A DNA stretch of 63,749 nt, filler included, from Thraustochytrium aureum (lineage: Eukaryota): NCBI GenBank assembly GCA_012862495.1. It is 7 parts of 2 records of this genome, joined end to end, with 100 filler letters (N's around TTAATTAATTAA, not from the genome) between each part and the next. Parts side by side here need not be neighbours in the genome. Positions count along the whole stretch, not along the records: positions 27,113 to 48,464 come from BLSG01000182.1; 6 more parts are not named here. One strand, written 5' to 3'. Below, piece after piece: positions 33,691 to 45,141 of this stretch (position 1 is the first letter of the stretch; every line of letters starts with the position of its first letter). The position numbers and the translations under genes are program-made. Below the pieces are notes generated by a model. That model had not been told where the DNA came from. It saw nothing but the letters and a program-made list of their open reading frames with translations, and did not search any database.

Positions 33691-34275
33691 TCAGCTCTTG
33701 CACGTGGTTCTGTCGACGACGCCGTACTTGTGGTTGCACTCGTCCTTGGCGTACGCGAAGCGGGAGCAGTCCATGCAGTTGGTTGTGATGCAGAGACTCG
33801 GGAGCTGCTGCCGCGTGACGTTGAACTCGCAGTGGCCCGACCCGTTGAAGCCGCTCGTCAAGGTCAACACTTGGTCAGCTGGTGGGCTATTGGCCACGAA
33901 GCTTGGACCCGTGTGGAACGCACACGTGGATGGGTCTGAGATGTACACCTGGCCGCCCGCGTTGTCTGCCATCTGGCCGGTGTACGGGTTGGCCACAGTG
34001 CGCCAGTACCAGCCGTTGTCCTGGATGCCGAACTGGTACGCGCCGAGGGTGGGCGCATACTGCACCTCGAACGTCGCGTAGCCCTCGTGCGGTATCGCGT
34101 GCTGCTCGGTGGCGCCGTTAAAGACAGAGAGGCTCGGGGTTGCCTGAATGCATGCCGCTGGTAGGGCGTTCACGTTGCGCACCGTCACCGTCACGGCCTG
34201 CAGGTCTGTAGCGCCGATAGCAGAGCAACCTACCACGGCAGCGCTGCAAAGGAGGGACGCGAACTTGATGCTCAT
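33691..34275 (-). CDS. Small secreted cysteine-rich protein of unknown function (194 aa)
   Basis: ATG at 34275, signal-peptide-like MSIKFASLLCSAAVVGCSA; beta-rich body and C-terminal Cys cluster; GC3-rich codons. Confidence 0.8.
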   Translation of the reverse strand: MSIKFASLLCSAAVVGCSAIGATDLQAVTVTVRNVNALPAACIQATPSLSVFNGATEQHAIPHEGYATFEVQYAPTLGAYQFGIQDNGWYWRTVANPYTGQMADNAGGQVYISDPSTCAFHTGPSFVANSPPADQVLTLTSGFNGSGHCEFNVTRQQLPSLCITTNCMDCSRFAYAKDECNHKYGVVDRTTCKS

Positions 34276-34964
34276 CACGCTGGCTGTTTTGGGCTCTGCC
34301 GCCGTCGGCCTTGCCCTGTTGCATGCGTGTCCGGCCCTCCTCGACACGTTAAAGCGCTGCTGCCCTGAACAGAAGCCGGCCGGCACACAGCGCGAAAGGC
34401 CGGCGCTCGGCTCCCATCTCTGGCTAGCTCGCTATCGTGGACGCGCCAGCCGAGCGCTTCATCCAACTGGCAGCTGAAAGCCAAACGTGCTGTCGAAACC
34501 CCGAGCGCTCGCCATGCTGAACTGCGCAGTGAGTAAGCACACGTACCTGCGCGCCTGCCCCTGAGGCCACATTCGTGCATACACTCACCGTCAGGCCGGG
34601 CAACCGGCCGGAGTGAAACCAACGAATGTGGCCGCACTGAACCGCGCATGGCGACAGACCGGCAAGATGCGCCAGTTCAAGCCCGTCCAGCGGCACGAGC
34701 GGGCGAGCGCATGCACTATCTATCCTCCTCTACTCGAGGAAACGGAAAACACAGAGGCCGAAGCGCAGACCGTCAGGCCGCATCGAGCTGAACGGCGCAT
34801 GGCGGCGCTTGAACCTGCTGTGAAGACGCGATGAACGAAGCCAATGAAGAGGGTGCCCGAGACCGGCCCAGGCTGGCGGTCGCCAGAGTCGCGCAAGCTC
34901 GTGCAGACCCGGAACAGCAACAAACCGCAGAGCAGAAAGCAAGAAAATCTTCGGCGTACCAAGG

Positions 34965-35861
34965 ATGAAGGCGCAGCTCCAGTGGCTGGGCGTGCTGTTT
35001 GTGCTGAGCGAAATGAAGGCGGCCTTTGCGCACCGCGAGCTCGTCGCGCTCAGCGAAATGAAGTCGGCCTTTGCGCAAAACGTGCTCGACGGCGCACAGC
35101 TCGGCCTCGGCGGCGGGGACGTCGACCCGACGCCCGCCGCGACTGGCGCCGGCGCGGGTGCGCCCCGCCTTCGCGGCTTGGCGCAGCCGAACAAACTGTG
35201 GGTCGTCAACAAGTGCGGCAGCGATACCGCGCTCTACTCTGGGCCGAAGAGCCTGCCGCTGCCTGTCGAGTACACTGCAGAGGGCGGCGCGCCGTATCAG
35301 GGGGCCGCTCCTAACCCGAGCGTCTGGGTGGACGCCGCCGGGATCTCCAATTGCTACAGCATGAACTGCAACGCGATGGGCAGGACTCTGGCGGAGTTAA
35401 ACTTCGACCAGGCCGCAGGTGGCTCGGACTGGATTGACATCAGCTTCGTCATGGGCTTCAACTACCCAGTCAAGATCGAGGTGTTGGGCGCCGCCGACGT
35501 GGGCGAGAGCCCGCGCAACGTATCCTGCCAGGACCCGGCGTGCAAGGACTCTTTCATGCTCTGTGACACCGCGGCGGCCAACGTCCAAGGCGGCGCCCCG
35601 AACTGGAAGTACCCAAGTGGCGCGGGCCTGACGTACAAGGTCACGTTCTGCGACACTTCTGCCAACACTGACAACAACAAGAACAGCAACCGCGACGCGC
35701 TGCAGAAGACGCTTCAGCGCTACACGGTACTGCCGCTTCCAGCCGACAAGCCCATGGTCTGGTGCGCCTGCGAGTACTCCTGGGCGCTCAACCCAAATGT
35801 CTTCAACTATGCAAAGTACACGCAGTTCAATGGCGATTTGTGCGGCCCGGTGATGCAGTAA
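34965..35861 (+). CDS. Secreted thaumatin-like (PR-5 fold) protein with C-terminal extension
   Basis: Signal peptide; LWVVNKC, TLAELNF, DWIDISFVMGFNYPVKI and YKVTFC match the thaumatin motifs vvNnC, TLAEF, YDVSLVDGFN.P and Y.itFC. Confidence 0.8.
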   Translation: MKAQLQWLGVLFVLSEMKAAFAHRELVALSEMKSAFAQNVLDGAQLGLGGGDVDPTPAATGAGAGAPRLRGLAQPNKLWVVNKCGSDTALYSGPKSLPLPVEYTAEGGAPYQGAAPNPSVWVDAAGISNCYSMNCNAMGRTLAELNFDQAAGGSDWIDISFVMGFNYPVKIEVLGAADVGESPRNVSCQDPACKDSFMLCDTAAANVQGGAPNWKYPSGAGLTYKVTFCDTSANTDNNKNSNRDALQKTLQRYTVLPLPADKPMVWCACEYSWALNPNVFNYAKYTQFNGDLCGPVMQ

Positions 35862-36089
35862 TGCGAGAGCCTTCCTGCGCAGCCCAACCAATGCAACGCA
35901 CATGGCTGACAGCTTCTCGAGTAACATTTCGCAATTGCTTTTAAAGGATTTTCGGCCCGCGTTGGAGCCCATACGATCTCGGTAAGCCAGCGGGCGGATC
36001 CCCGGCGCGAGTCTGTCTCTCGATAAGCTAGCCGAGTGGCCAGTCGCAGGCTTTGCTTGGCTTTGTCTGCAGCCGCTAAGAAGGCAGCG

Positions 36090-36224
36090 GCAGCGCGAGG
36101 TGCGGAGCGCCAAGCAAGGCTTGGGTTTGTGTTCCGGAAGGCCGTTCCTTGCTCCCAGCAGCGCGAGGTGCGGAGCGCCAAGCAAGGCTTGGGTTTGTGT
36201 TCCGTTCCTTGCTCCCAGCAGCGC
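36090..36224. repeat. Tandem duplication of about 68 bp with an internal indel
   Basis: GCAGCGCGAGGTGCGGAGCGCCAAGCAAGGCTTGGGTTTGTGTTCCG occurs twice, each followed by TTCCTTGCTCCCAGCAGCGC. Confidence 0.9.
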
Positions 36225-36274
36225 TCGCGGTTTTTAGTTTCGGTATCCCTGCCAGACAAACCAGAGCACGAACA

Positions 36275-37487
36275 TCAGAAGGACGACAAGCCCAATTTCG
36301 TTGACACCAGCTCCATCTTGCGGAGCCCGTGTTGGCTTCGCCACGCCTGTGCTTTTGGCGCCGCCATCTGTATCGCAGACACCTTCGTTTTTGTCGCTCC
36401 CCCCGTTGTCGCCGCCGTCTGTGGCGCCGTTGTCGCTGCCGCCTTTCTTGTCGTAGTCGGCATCGATGTGCCGGAGCCCGCATTGGAATTGGCCTCGTGC
36501 CCAGCGTTTCGTCGCTGAGCAGGGGCTGGCGCCTTTGGGGGAGACTTGCCTTTTCGTGACTCAGCAGTCCTTGGCGGCGATGTTTCCACTGTTGTGGTTG
36601 CCGCTCTTGGCGCGCGCTCTGCGCGCTTTTTGCCTCCACCACCAGGGCTGGAGCCATCGGCTCTGGCATCAACATGCCCAGAGGAACTGTCGTCTTCGGT
36701 TGTCTCGCTCTCAAAGCTTGCCAAGTCGGAGCTGTCACCGTCACTTGAAGAGTCGCTCTGCAACGCTTCGTCATCAGAGTGGTCTTCTTGCGGGGCGACC
36801 GGGTCGACGTTGTGGCGCCTCACGCGCTGCTGCTCCTCGTGCTTGCGGACGGCCCTCTGCATGTTGCGCCGATCCGCAGAGGGGAGATTGGTCAGAGCTT
36901 CGCGGTTGTCCAACACATTCCGAAGGATGCTGCAGCAAGCGTCCTTGATGTGGGTCGAGCGGGTCGACGCCATGGTGGTCGTAACGTCGACGTGAACGCT
37001 GTCTTGAACAAAGAGAAGGAGGGCGGCGCCGCCGAACGAGAGCTCCGCGAGGGCGTCGAGGCCACTGCGCAGCACTTGGTCGTCGGCGCTGCTTGCCGCA
37101 ACCCGCTTCGCGATTCGGTTGTGCCATCCTCTGCCAAGGAGCGTCGCACGGCACGAGTCGTGCGCTGCAAGCTTGGCGATGGCTTGGTGGGTAGCCTCAA
37201 CGACCGCATCGCCTTTCGTGCCACTGAAGTGGTCTGCTGCGGCAGCGGCGAAATGATCAACGCTGTCGATCTCGCTGCTTGCGAGCAACTCCCTCGCAGC
37301 GTCTTCGCTTGGCGCCAGGTGGCGCGTTGCTTGCATGGCGGCCTTTTACGACGTCCGGGTTGTCGTGAAAGTCTCGCAGGGCGGCCTTGATGACGGCGCA
37401 CTTGGACGCGGCCTCTGGCAGCGAAAGGCTTCCAGGGTCGGCCACCTTCCTCACCTCATCGACGCGGGCTTGCGCTGCTCGGCTCAT
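36275..37487 (-). CDS. Armadillo/HEAT-like helical repeat protein with disordered acidic/basic tail (frameshift near 37345)
   Basis: MSRAAQARV at 37487; removing one A from GTAAAAGGCC gives DNPDVVKAAMQATRHLA. ARM-like helices VVEATHQAIAKLA, VLRSGLDALAELS, IKDACCSILRNV. Confidence 0.65.
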
Positions 37488-38093
37488 CTTCCTGTCCCTG
37501 TGCAGTCCCTGTTTGTGCGGCTCGGTCAGATTGCGGTCTGCCGTCGCGCACAGCCTGTCTGTGTCGCGCAAGGCCGCGCACATGCTGAAAAAAAAGAAAA
37601 GTGCGAGGACTGGCGATTCGTTATGTACTCGGATACACCACGTGACGAAAATGGACAGAGTGGCTTGCACAATCGCGTTTTGCGTTCCACTTCGGCAGTC
37701 GCGGCCGAGACTGGGAGAGATGTGTTGGCTGAGGACTCACGGGAGGAAGGCGGGATGGGACACCGGTCTCCAGGTAGCAAGGCCCGCTCGAGGTCTCGGC
37801 GTTCATCGGCGGTTCGCAGCAACGTCCAAGCCTTGGCAACCAGCAGATCGAGCGCGAGGGCGGGCGCAAGCCCCTTTTGGCACCGCATCCTTCGTTCGTT
37901 TGTTCTCTCGTTCGCGCGGGCTCTTTCGCCTTTTACGCAACAAAAACTTGCAGAGCGTGCATTCCCTCTTCTTTCCCCCTTGTGCATTCTCTCGACACAA
38001 CCGGCGCGTGAGGCATCTTACGCGCGTGAGAGGAAGCAAAAGCGCGTAAGCGCCATCTCACTCGCTCGCCCTGCACACTGACGAGAGGCGCCA

Positions 38094-38197
38094 CTCACTC
38101 ACTCACTCACTCACTCGCTCACTCGCTCACTCACTCGCTCACTCGCTCAATCAATCACTCACTCGCTCACTCAATCACTCCGAGTCACTCACTCGCT
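38094..38197. repeat. Compound (TCAC/TCGC/TCAA)n tetranucleotide microsatellite
   Basis: Direct read. Confidence 0.95.
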
Positions 38198-39746
38198 GGC
38201 TCGCCCCCGCGCTCCCTCCGATCTCGCCCTCTCCTCGCACACAGGGCGCGCCTCTCTCCCCCAGAAGGCCGTCATGCCACCCACACGTGACTGACTGCGA
38301 TCACACGATGCAAAACACGCACGCCGTCTCACAAGGTGTCCACCAAACCACCCCGTGGCGCGGCGCCAGCAGACTCGGCCCATGCACGCAAGCCGCTCGC
38401 GATTGGCGCAGCGAGCGAGCGCGCGGTTCTGTATGGAAGGGTGCGGGTTTGGATGGACAACCACGGGCACCGCGGTCTCTCTCCTCTCCCCCGCCCCTCC
38501 TCCTCCCCGCCCTGTGTCAGCTGCGTGTCTTGGCGTTTCTCGCTCNCCTANCCCTGTTTGTGCCTTGGAGCAGCAGACTCGGATCTGGTTTTCAACCCAA
38601 TAGCAAAAGTGATTTCCTTTTTTTACAACTTTTTTATAAAATGTGGCATACTACTAGGTAGAGTACAGGATTCCAGGGCTTTCGTTTCGTGCGATTTCGC
38701 ACAAGTCCTTTTTGATTTTTTTGTGTTTTTTTGATTTTGTTTGATTTTTTTTGATTTTTTTGTTTTGTTTGTTTTGTTGGTTGTAAGTTTTTTTCACTTG
38801 TTTGGGTTTTGGGTTTATTTCGCTTATTTCGATGAGGAAATGGCAAAGTGTGAAGAGCGGAGGGGGGGAAAGTGCACGGCAGGAAGGCAGGGACTCGCAG
38901 ACACGCAGGCGGCAGCGGGCAGGCAGCAGAGCCCGAGTGCATCCGGGTGCCCCNNNNNNNNNNNNNNNNNNNNNNNNNNNNNNNNNNNNNNNNNNNNNNN
39001 NNNNNNNNNNNNNNNNNNNNNNNNNNNNNNNNNNNNNNNNNNNNNNNNNNNNNNNNNNNNNNNNNNNNNNNNNNNNNNNNNNNNNNNNNNNNNNNNNNNN
39101 NNNNNNNNNNNNNNNNNNNNNNNNNNNNNNNNNNNNNNNNNNNNNNNNNNNNNNNNNNNNNNNNNNNNNNNNNNNNNNNNNNNNNNNNNNNNNNNNNNNN
39201 NNNNNNNNNNNNNNNNNNNNNNNNNNNNNNNNNNNNNNNNNNNNNNNNNNNNNNNNNNNNNNNNNNNNNNNNNNNNNNNNNNNNNNNNNNNNNNNNNNNN
39301 NNNNNNNNNNNNNNNNNNNNNNNNNNNNNNNNNNNNNNNNNNNNNNNNNNNNNNNNNNNNNNNNNNNNNNNNNNNNNNNNNNNNNNNNNNNNNNNNNNNN
39401 NNNNNNNNNNNNNNNNNNNNNNNNNNNNNNNNNNNNNNNNNNNNNNNNNNNNNNNNNNNNNNNNNNNNNNNNNNNNNNNNNNNNNNNNNNNNNNNNNNNN
39501 NNNNNNNNNNNNNNNNNNNNNNNNNNNNNNNNNNNNNNNNNNNNNNNNNNNNNNNNNNNNNNNNNNNNNNNNNNNNNNNNNNNNNNNNNNNNNNNNNNNN
39601 NNNNNNNNNNNNNNNNNNNNNNNNNNNNNNNNNNNNNNNNNNNNNNNNNNNNNNNNNNNNNNNNNNNNNNNNNNNNNNNNNNNNNNNNNNNNNNNNNNNN
39701 NNNNNNNNNNNNNNNNNNNNNNNNNNNNNNNNNNNNNNNNNNNNNN

Positions 39747-41259
39747 TTTGCCAAGTTGCGCGCCCTGCGCAACCGCGCCAACGTCAGCGACGAACCCGAG
39801 GACGCCGTGCAGGAGAAGGAGATCGACCTCGAGGATCTCGCACAGGTCGCCATGCAGGAGGTCTCTTACGACCTCGACTTTTCCGGGTATGCGCAAGAGT
39901 TTATGAACCTCAAGCGCAAGGGGTGGAACAAGAAGCCCGTTACGATGGACAAGCTCATCTCCTGGAGCCCGGAGCGGATCAAGACCTCGCTGCACGCGCT
40001 GGGCGACCCGGCGCTCGTGCACGACAGCATCCTGGCGTTCAGCAACATCCTCTGCTTTATGGGCGACAAGCCCACCAAGAACGCCCTCGCCAACGCGAAC
40101 AAGGTGTTCCGCATCACCGTGCAGTGCCCCGAGGAGCTCCGCGACGAGGTGTACGCCCAGCTCGTCAAGCAGACCACCAACAACCCCAAGCCGAACAGCT
40201 GCATCAAGGGCTGGGAGCTGCTCGTGCTCTGCGCGGGTCTGTTCCCGCCCTCGTCCAAGCTCGAGCGCTACCTTCTCTCGCACTTTAAGCGCAACTCGGA
40301 GAGCGAGCCGTACCCGGGGGTGGCCAAGCTCGCCAGCTACGCCATGCTCCGCGTGCAGCGCACTATGGAGCTCGGCCCCCGCAACGAGGCGCCGACCGAC
40401 ATGGAGATGCAGGCTGTGCGCGACATCCAGCCCGTCTTTGTGCGCGTCCACATGCTCGACGGCTCGATCAACTCGCTCGAGGCCGAGTGCTGGACCACGG
40501 TCAAGGACCTCAGCGACGCGATGGCCAGGCGCCTCAAGATCAAGGACTCGACGCCGTTTGGGCTCTTCGAGATCAACAACAACGACGAAGAGCGCATGCT
40601 CGAGGACGACGACCGCGTCCTCGACGTCATGTCTTACTGGGACCGCGAGCGCAAGATGGCGCGCCGCGCCAAGGACGTCCCCTCGTTCCAGTTCGTGTAC
40701 AAGGTTAAGTTCTTCTTCGACATCAAGGAGGACGACGAGGCGGCGATCGAGGTGGCCTACCACCAGGCCGTGCACGACGTCGTCGACTCGCGCTACCCGT
40801 GCAGCGAGGAGGACTGNNNNNNNNNNNNNNNNNNNNNNNNNNNNNNNNNNNNNNNNNNNNNNNNNNNNNNNNNNNNNNNNNNNNNNNNNNNNNNNNNNNN
40901 NNNNNNCCGGCTACGACCACCAGGAGGCCATGAACAACTACCTCGACTACGTCAAGGCCTGGAAGATTTACGGCTCGGCGTATTTCTTCGTCGAGCCGCA
41001 GAACTCGCGCGCCGAGCTGCCGCCGGACGTTGTGCTCGCTATCAACGCGCAGGGCATCCTCATCGTGGATCCCTCGTCCAAGGAGTTTCTTGCAGAGTAC
41101 CCTTATTCGGAGGTGGTCACCTGGGGCCATTCGAGCATCACCTTTGTGCTCGTCGTGGGCAACCTCATTCGCCAGAACAAGCTCTACTTCAAGACCGACC
41201 AGGGCAGCGAGATGAACAGCCTCATCCACACCTACGTCAACCGCCTCGTGGAGGACTAA
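39747..41259 (+). CDS. MyTH4-FERM domain protein, 5' end in N-gap
   Basis: MyTH4: ILCFMGD, ELRDEVYAQLVKQTTNNP, GWELLVLC..FPPS, GPRNEAPT..E. FERM: VRVHMLDGS, FGLFE, YHQAVHDV, YLDYVKAWKIYGSAYF, VLAINAQGI. Confidence 0.93.
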
Positions 41260-42629
41260 TGGCCCGCCGCTCCCAGTGCCTCGCCCGTGGCCTGGCCTCG
41301 CCGGCGCAACTCTTGTTCTCCGTTTGCGTCGAGCGTTGCCAGTTCTGCAATTCGTCTCCCCGTCCCTCGCGTCATCCACCATCCGTCGTGCCTCTCGCCC
41401 GCTCTGTTTACCTGTGCGCGCGTGCATCACCTTTGCTGGGGCAGCCGTGGCTCGCATCGAGTCCGTCTCGGCCGCTCGCTTGTCAAAGTGCCCCAGGCTC
41501 TCTGGCCGCAGCATGGGCACCATGACAAGCAGCATTAACAGCACACCCCCAAAGCACCAAGCGCATTTCTGTTACTCCTTTCCGCCGCAGCCCGATCTGT
41601 CCTGCTGGCGCGGTGGCTCGCAGAGACATTCGAGGTGCTTGCCGCATTTCGTGAGGATGTTTGCAGCGGCCTCGCTCGGCCAGTTGGGCTCGTCGAACCA
41701 ACCTTGATGGGACCGATTCCCTGGACCCGGATGGTCTCTCGCTCGAGCTACTTAGCGTGCTGGCAGTGCCTCCGTCGGCCAAGAGCGCAAGGCGCCAGAC
41801 CAAAAGCGCGCTCGCACAGCGACGAAACGCGATGACGACCGCCCGCGGATCGCAATTATTGCACCAAGCGACCCACCCGAAGAAACCCAGACGCTACNNN
41901 NNNNNNNNNNNNNNNNNNNNNNNNNNNNNNNNNNNNNNNNNNNNNNNNNNNNNNNNNNNNNNNNNNNNNNNNNNNNNNNNNNNNNNNNNNNNNNNNNNNN
42001 NNNNNNNNNNNNNNNNNNNNNNNNNNNNNNNNNNNNNNNNNNNNNNNNNNNNNNNNNNNNNNNNNNNNNNNNNNNNNNNNNNNNNNNNNNNNNNNNNNNN
42101 NNNNNNNNNNNNNNNNNNNNNNNNNNNNNNNNNNNNNNNNNNNNNNNNNNNNNNNNNNNNNNNNNNNNNNNNNNNNNNNNNNNNNNNNNNNNNNNNNNNN
42201 NNNNNNNNNNNNNNNNNNNNNNNNNNNNNNNNNNNNNNNNNNNNNNNNNNNNNNNNNNNNNNNNNNNNNNNNNNNNNNNNNNNNNNNNNNNNNNNNNNNN
42301 NNNNNNNNNNNNNNNNNNNNNNNNNNNNNNNNNNNNNNNNNNNNNNNNNNNNNNNNNNNNNNNNNNNNNNNNNNNNNNNNNNNNNNNNNNNNNNNNNNNN
42401 NNNNNNNNNNNNNNNNNNNNNNNNNNNNNNNNNNNNNNNNNNNNNNNNNNNNNNNNNNNNNNNNNNNNNNNNNNNNNNNNNNNNNNNNNNNNNNNNNNNN
42501 NNNNNNNNNNNNNNNNNNNNNNNNNNNNNNNNNNNNNNNNNNNNNNNNNNNNNNNNNNNNNNNNNNNNNNNNNNNNNNNNNNNNNNNNNNNNNNNNNNNN
42601 NNNNNNNNNNNNNNNNNNNNNNNNNNNNN

Positions 42630-45033
42630 GCAGAATGGAGGCGCGGCGGCGGCCTCAACGACGTCGAGGACGACGAGGTCGCGAAGGCGGAATGGGCCCA
42701 TGGCGAGGGACCTCAAGGTCCCGGACGCGCCCAAGGCTGGGCCTGCTGAGGTGAGCGCTGTCCCGCAGCAGCCGGTGCCAGCGGAGATGGCCGAGGTGGC
42801 CGCTGGGGATAAGCGAGGCAGAGGCAGAGGGAGAGGCGGCCTAGACCGGGGACGCGGCCGCGGACGTGGGGCAGGCGGTGGCGGGGGGCGCGGGCTGAGC
42901 GCCCCAGAAAATGCAATGCCGCCGTTCATTCCACAGGGCGACGCAGCAGATGGGCCGACAGCATACCAAGCCCCTTACTTTGCGCCAACAAGTGGGTCGG
43001 CCCAGGACGGCCCAGAGACATCGTCTGCTGCTTCAGGTCAAGATACCAGCAGCGGGCAGAACGCCGGCCAGTTTGTCGAGCGCAGTGCTCCACAGCAACC
43101 CTCCTCGTCACCGGCGACACACATGTCCGCATTCAGCAACCAAGAACAAGTGCATGCGGCCGGAGATGAGCCGACTCCAGAGGCACCTGCAGGATCGGAA
43201 AACGAGTCCGCGGAAACGCTGCACAACACGCGGCTGAATAGCAGGCGCAGCCGCTCAGCGCCGCACGACTTGGACGACGCGGGCTCCGACCTGCGGCGAG
43301 ACGGTGGTGGCCCGTATTCTGCGACACAAGCCAGCTCGAACTCACTGCGCACGTCCTCGTCGCCAGCGAGTGGCAAGAGGGCGTCGCTTAATTCTGCGAA
43401 CCCTGGACGAGGCGTCGCGCGAAACGGCGCGGCCAAACGAAGGCAAGCTGGAAGCCCCGTAACGTTTCCGAAGCGAAAGCGCGTCGCGCAGGATTCGCCT
43501 TCGCACGAGGGCGAGCTCGCTGCTTCGGCAGCAAACCCAGCTGGTCGCCCGCGCGAAGCAGCCAGCGCAGTTGACCCCGCAGGCGAGGACGCGGCAGAGC
43601 CCCCAGTCCCGCCGTCTGGGGAAGCAACTGCGTTGAGCTTCGTGTCACTTAGACCCGAGGCGGTGTTGCAGCATGTCGCTGCAGCAGCGCCAGGGGCGGC
43701 CTCGCCACAGAGCCCTGCGCTTGGGGGCGCAGACGCCCACGACGCAGGCCCCGCCAGCGATGATGCTGCCGTGGCCCCCGGCGCGGCCCAGCCAACAGCT
43801 GCGCCAGTGCCAGAGGGGTACATCTGCTTGGGCTGGCAAGTCCCCCGTGACCACCTCATGGAGATTGTCCGCGTGCGCCGGCCTCAGCCGGAGGGCCTGC
43901 CAGCCGGCGAGGTTGTTGTCGAGGCGCGCCGCTGCAAGGGCAAGCTGAGCAAGCGCGGCGTGCTCTGCCCAGACTGCCGGCGCGCCAAGGGCACCTTTCA
44001 GCGCTACTTGCGGACGGTTCGCAACACCTTGCGCTCGCACTTCAACACAACCACCGAGGTCCAGCTGATCAACAGCAAGATGCAGACTATGCGCCAGCTG
44101 TGCACCAAGATCCAGTCCCTCGAGGCCGAGGCCAAGAAAGCCAAGGAAGATGTCGAGGCCGCCAAGCGCGTCGCGTTCCCGCCCCTCGCAGAGATGCTCC
44201 GGAACATCGAGGTCAACGGCTGGCTCCCGCAATCGTGCTTTTTCCACAAATTTCTCTCCGTCACACTCGCGTACTGGACCCGAATGTGGGAGAAAGGCCC
44301 GCGCGGGTGGAAGTGGGAGCGCGCCGAGCACGGCGAGGACGTTTTGAAGTTTTTCCTCGCTATCCGCCGTCTTCCCGGCGGGAGAAGGATCACCCGCCTC
44401 CTAGGCCAAGGGCCAAACCCGCCCAAGAAGGCGCGATTCCTGCCGCGGGAGGACACCGCCCCGTTCGATCCCTTCTCGGTTGCGCTCCCGGTCCCGCCAA
44501 ACTCCACTCTAGAGTTCCATCTTGCGTCCGAAAAGAAGCGGACGCAGGGCCCCGGCGCGCCAGGCCATGGCCAAGGTAGCAGCACCGTGGCGCAGACAGG
44601 GCCCCTCCATAGGTCGCCCAACGCCCCAGATGAGATGGACGAGGACAACGATGACGATGAGGACGACGACGAGAACGACTCGGAAATTGACCACAGGCCG
44701 ACGCCCGAGCCAGCGGCGCTGGGACTCGACGACCCAAACCTCGGCGATGGGGTCTTGAGGCCCACCTATGCAAGTGGGCCACTCAACAGCGCCCCAGAGC
44801 CGCCCTCCCAGTCGATGCCCGCTCAGCCGCTCGACCCAGACCAACTCCAGACTTCGCAGCAGGGGTCGGGCATGGTGAACGCAAGTCTGCATCAGCCTGA
44901 GCAGCAGGGGCATCAAGGATACGAAGAGTACAGGCAAGGCCCTGGCGGGTTTGATTCCGGAGCGCCACAGCTCTTGGGCGTCGCTACCTCAGAGCCAAAT
45001 GAAACTCACGGCCAGTATGGCATGATGCAATGA
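42630..45033 (+). CDS. Large low-complexity protein with central Cys-motif / coiled-coil / helical segment; 5' end may lie in N-gap
   Basis: 777-codon ORF (42700-45033) open back to the gap; RG-rich patch, basic NLS-like PKRKR, globular-looking region 43825-44523, acidic tail. Confidence 0.8.
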
Positions 45034-45141
45034 GCCACTCTCGTGAGATTATGTGACCTGACTTTAGTCTAAAGAAAGAGGAAAATTGACCTGACCAACG
45101 CAGTGTGCCGCTCGCTACCCAGCAGCAAGCCAACCGTCAAG

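Noticed and set aside
38690..38830. T-rich tract as AT-rich foreign insert or organellar DNA
   Set aside because: Low-complexity, next to ambiguous bases and a gap; no coding or RNA features; probably an intron/UTR or poor-quality read.
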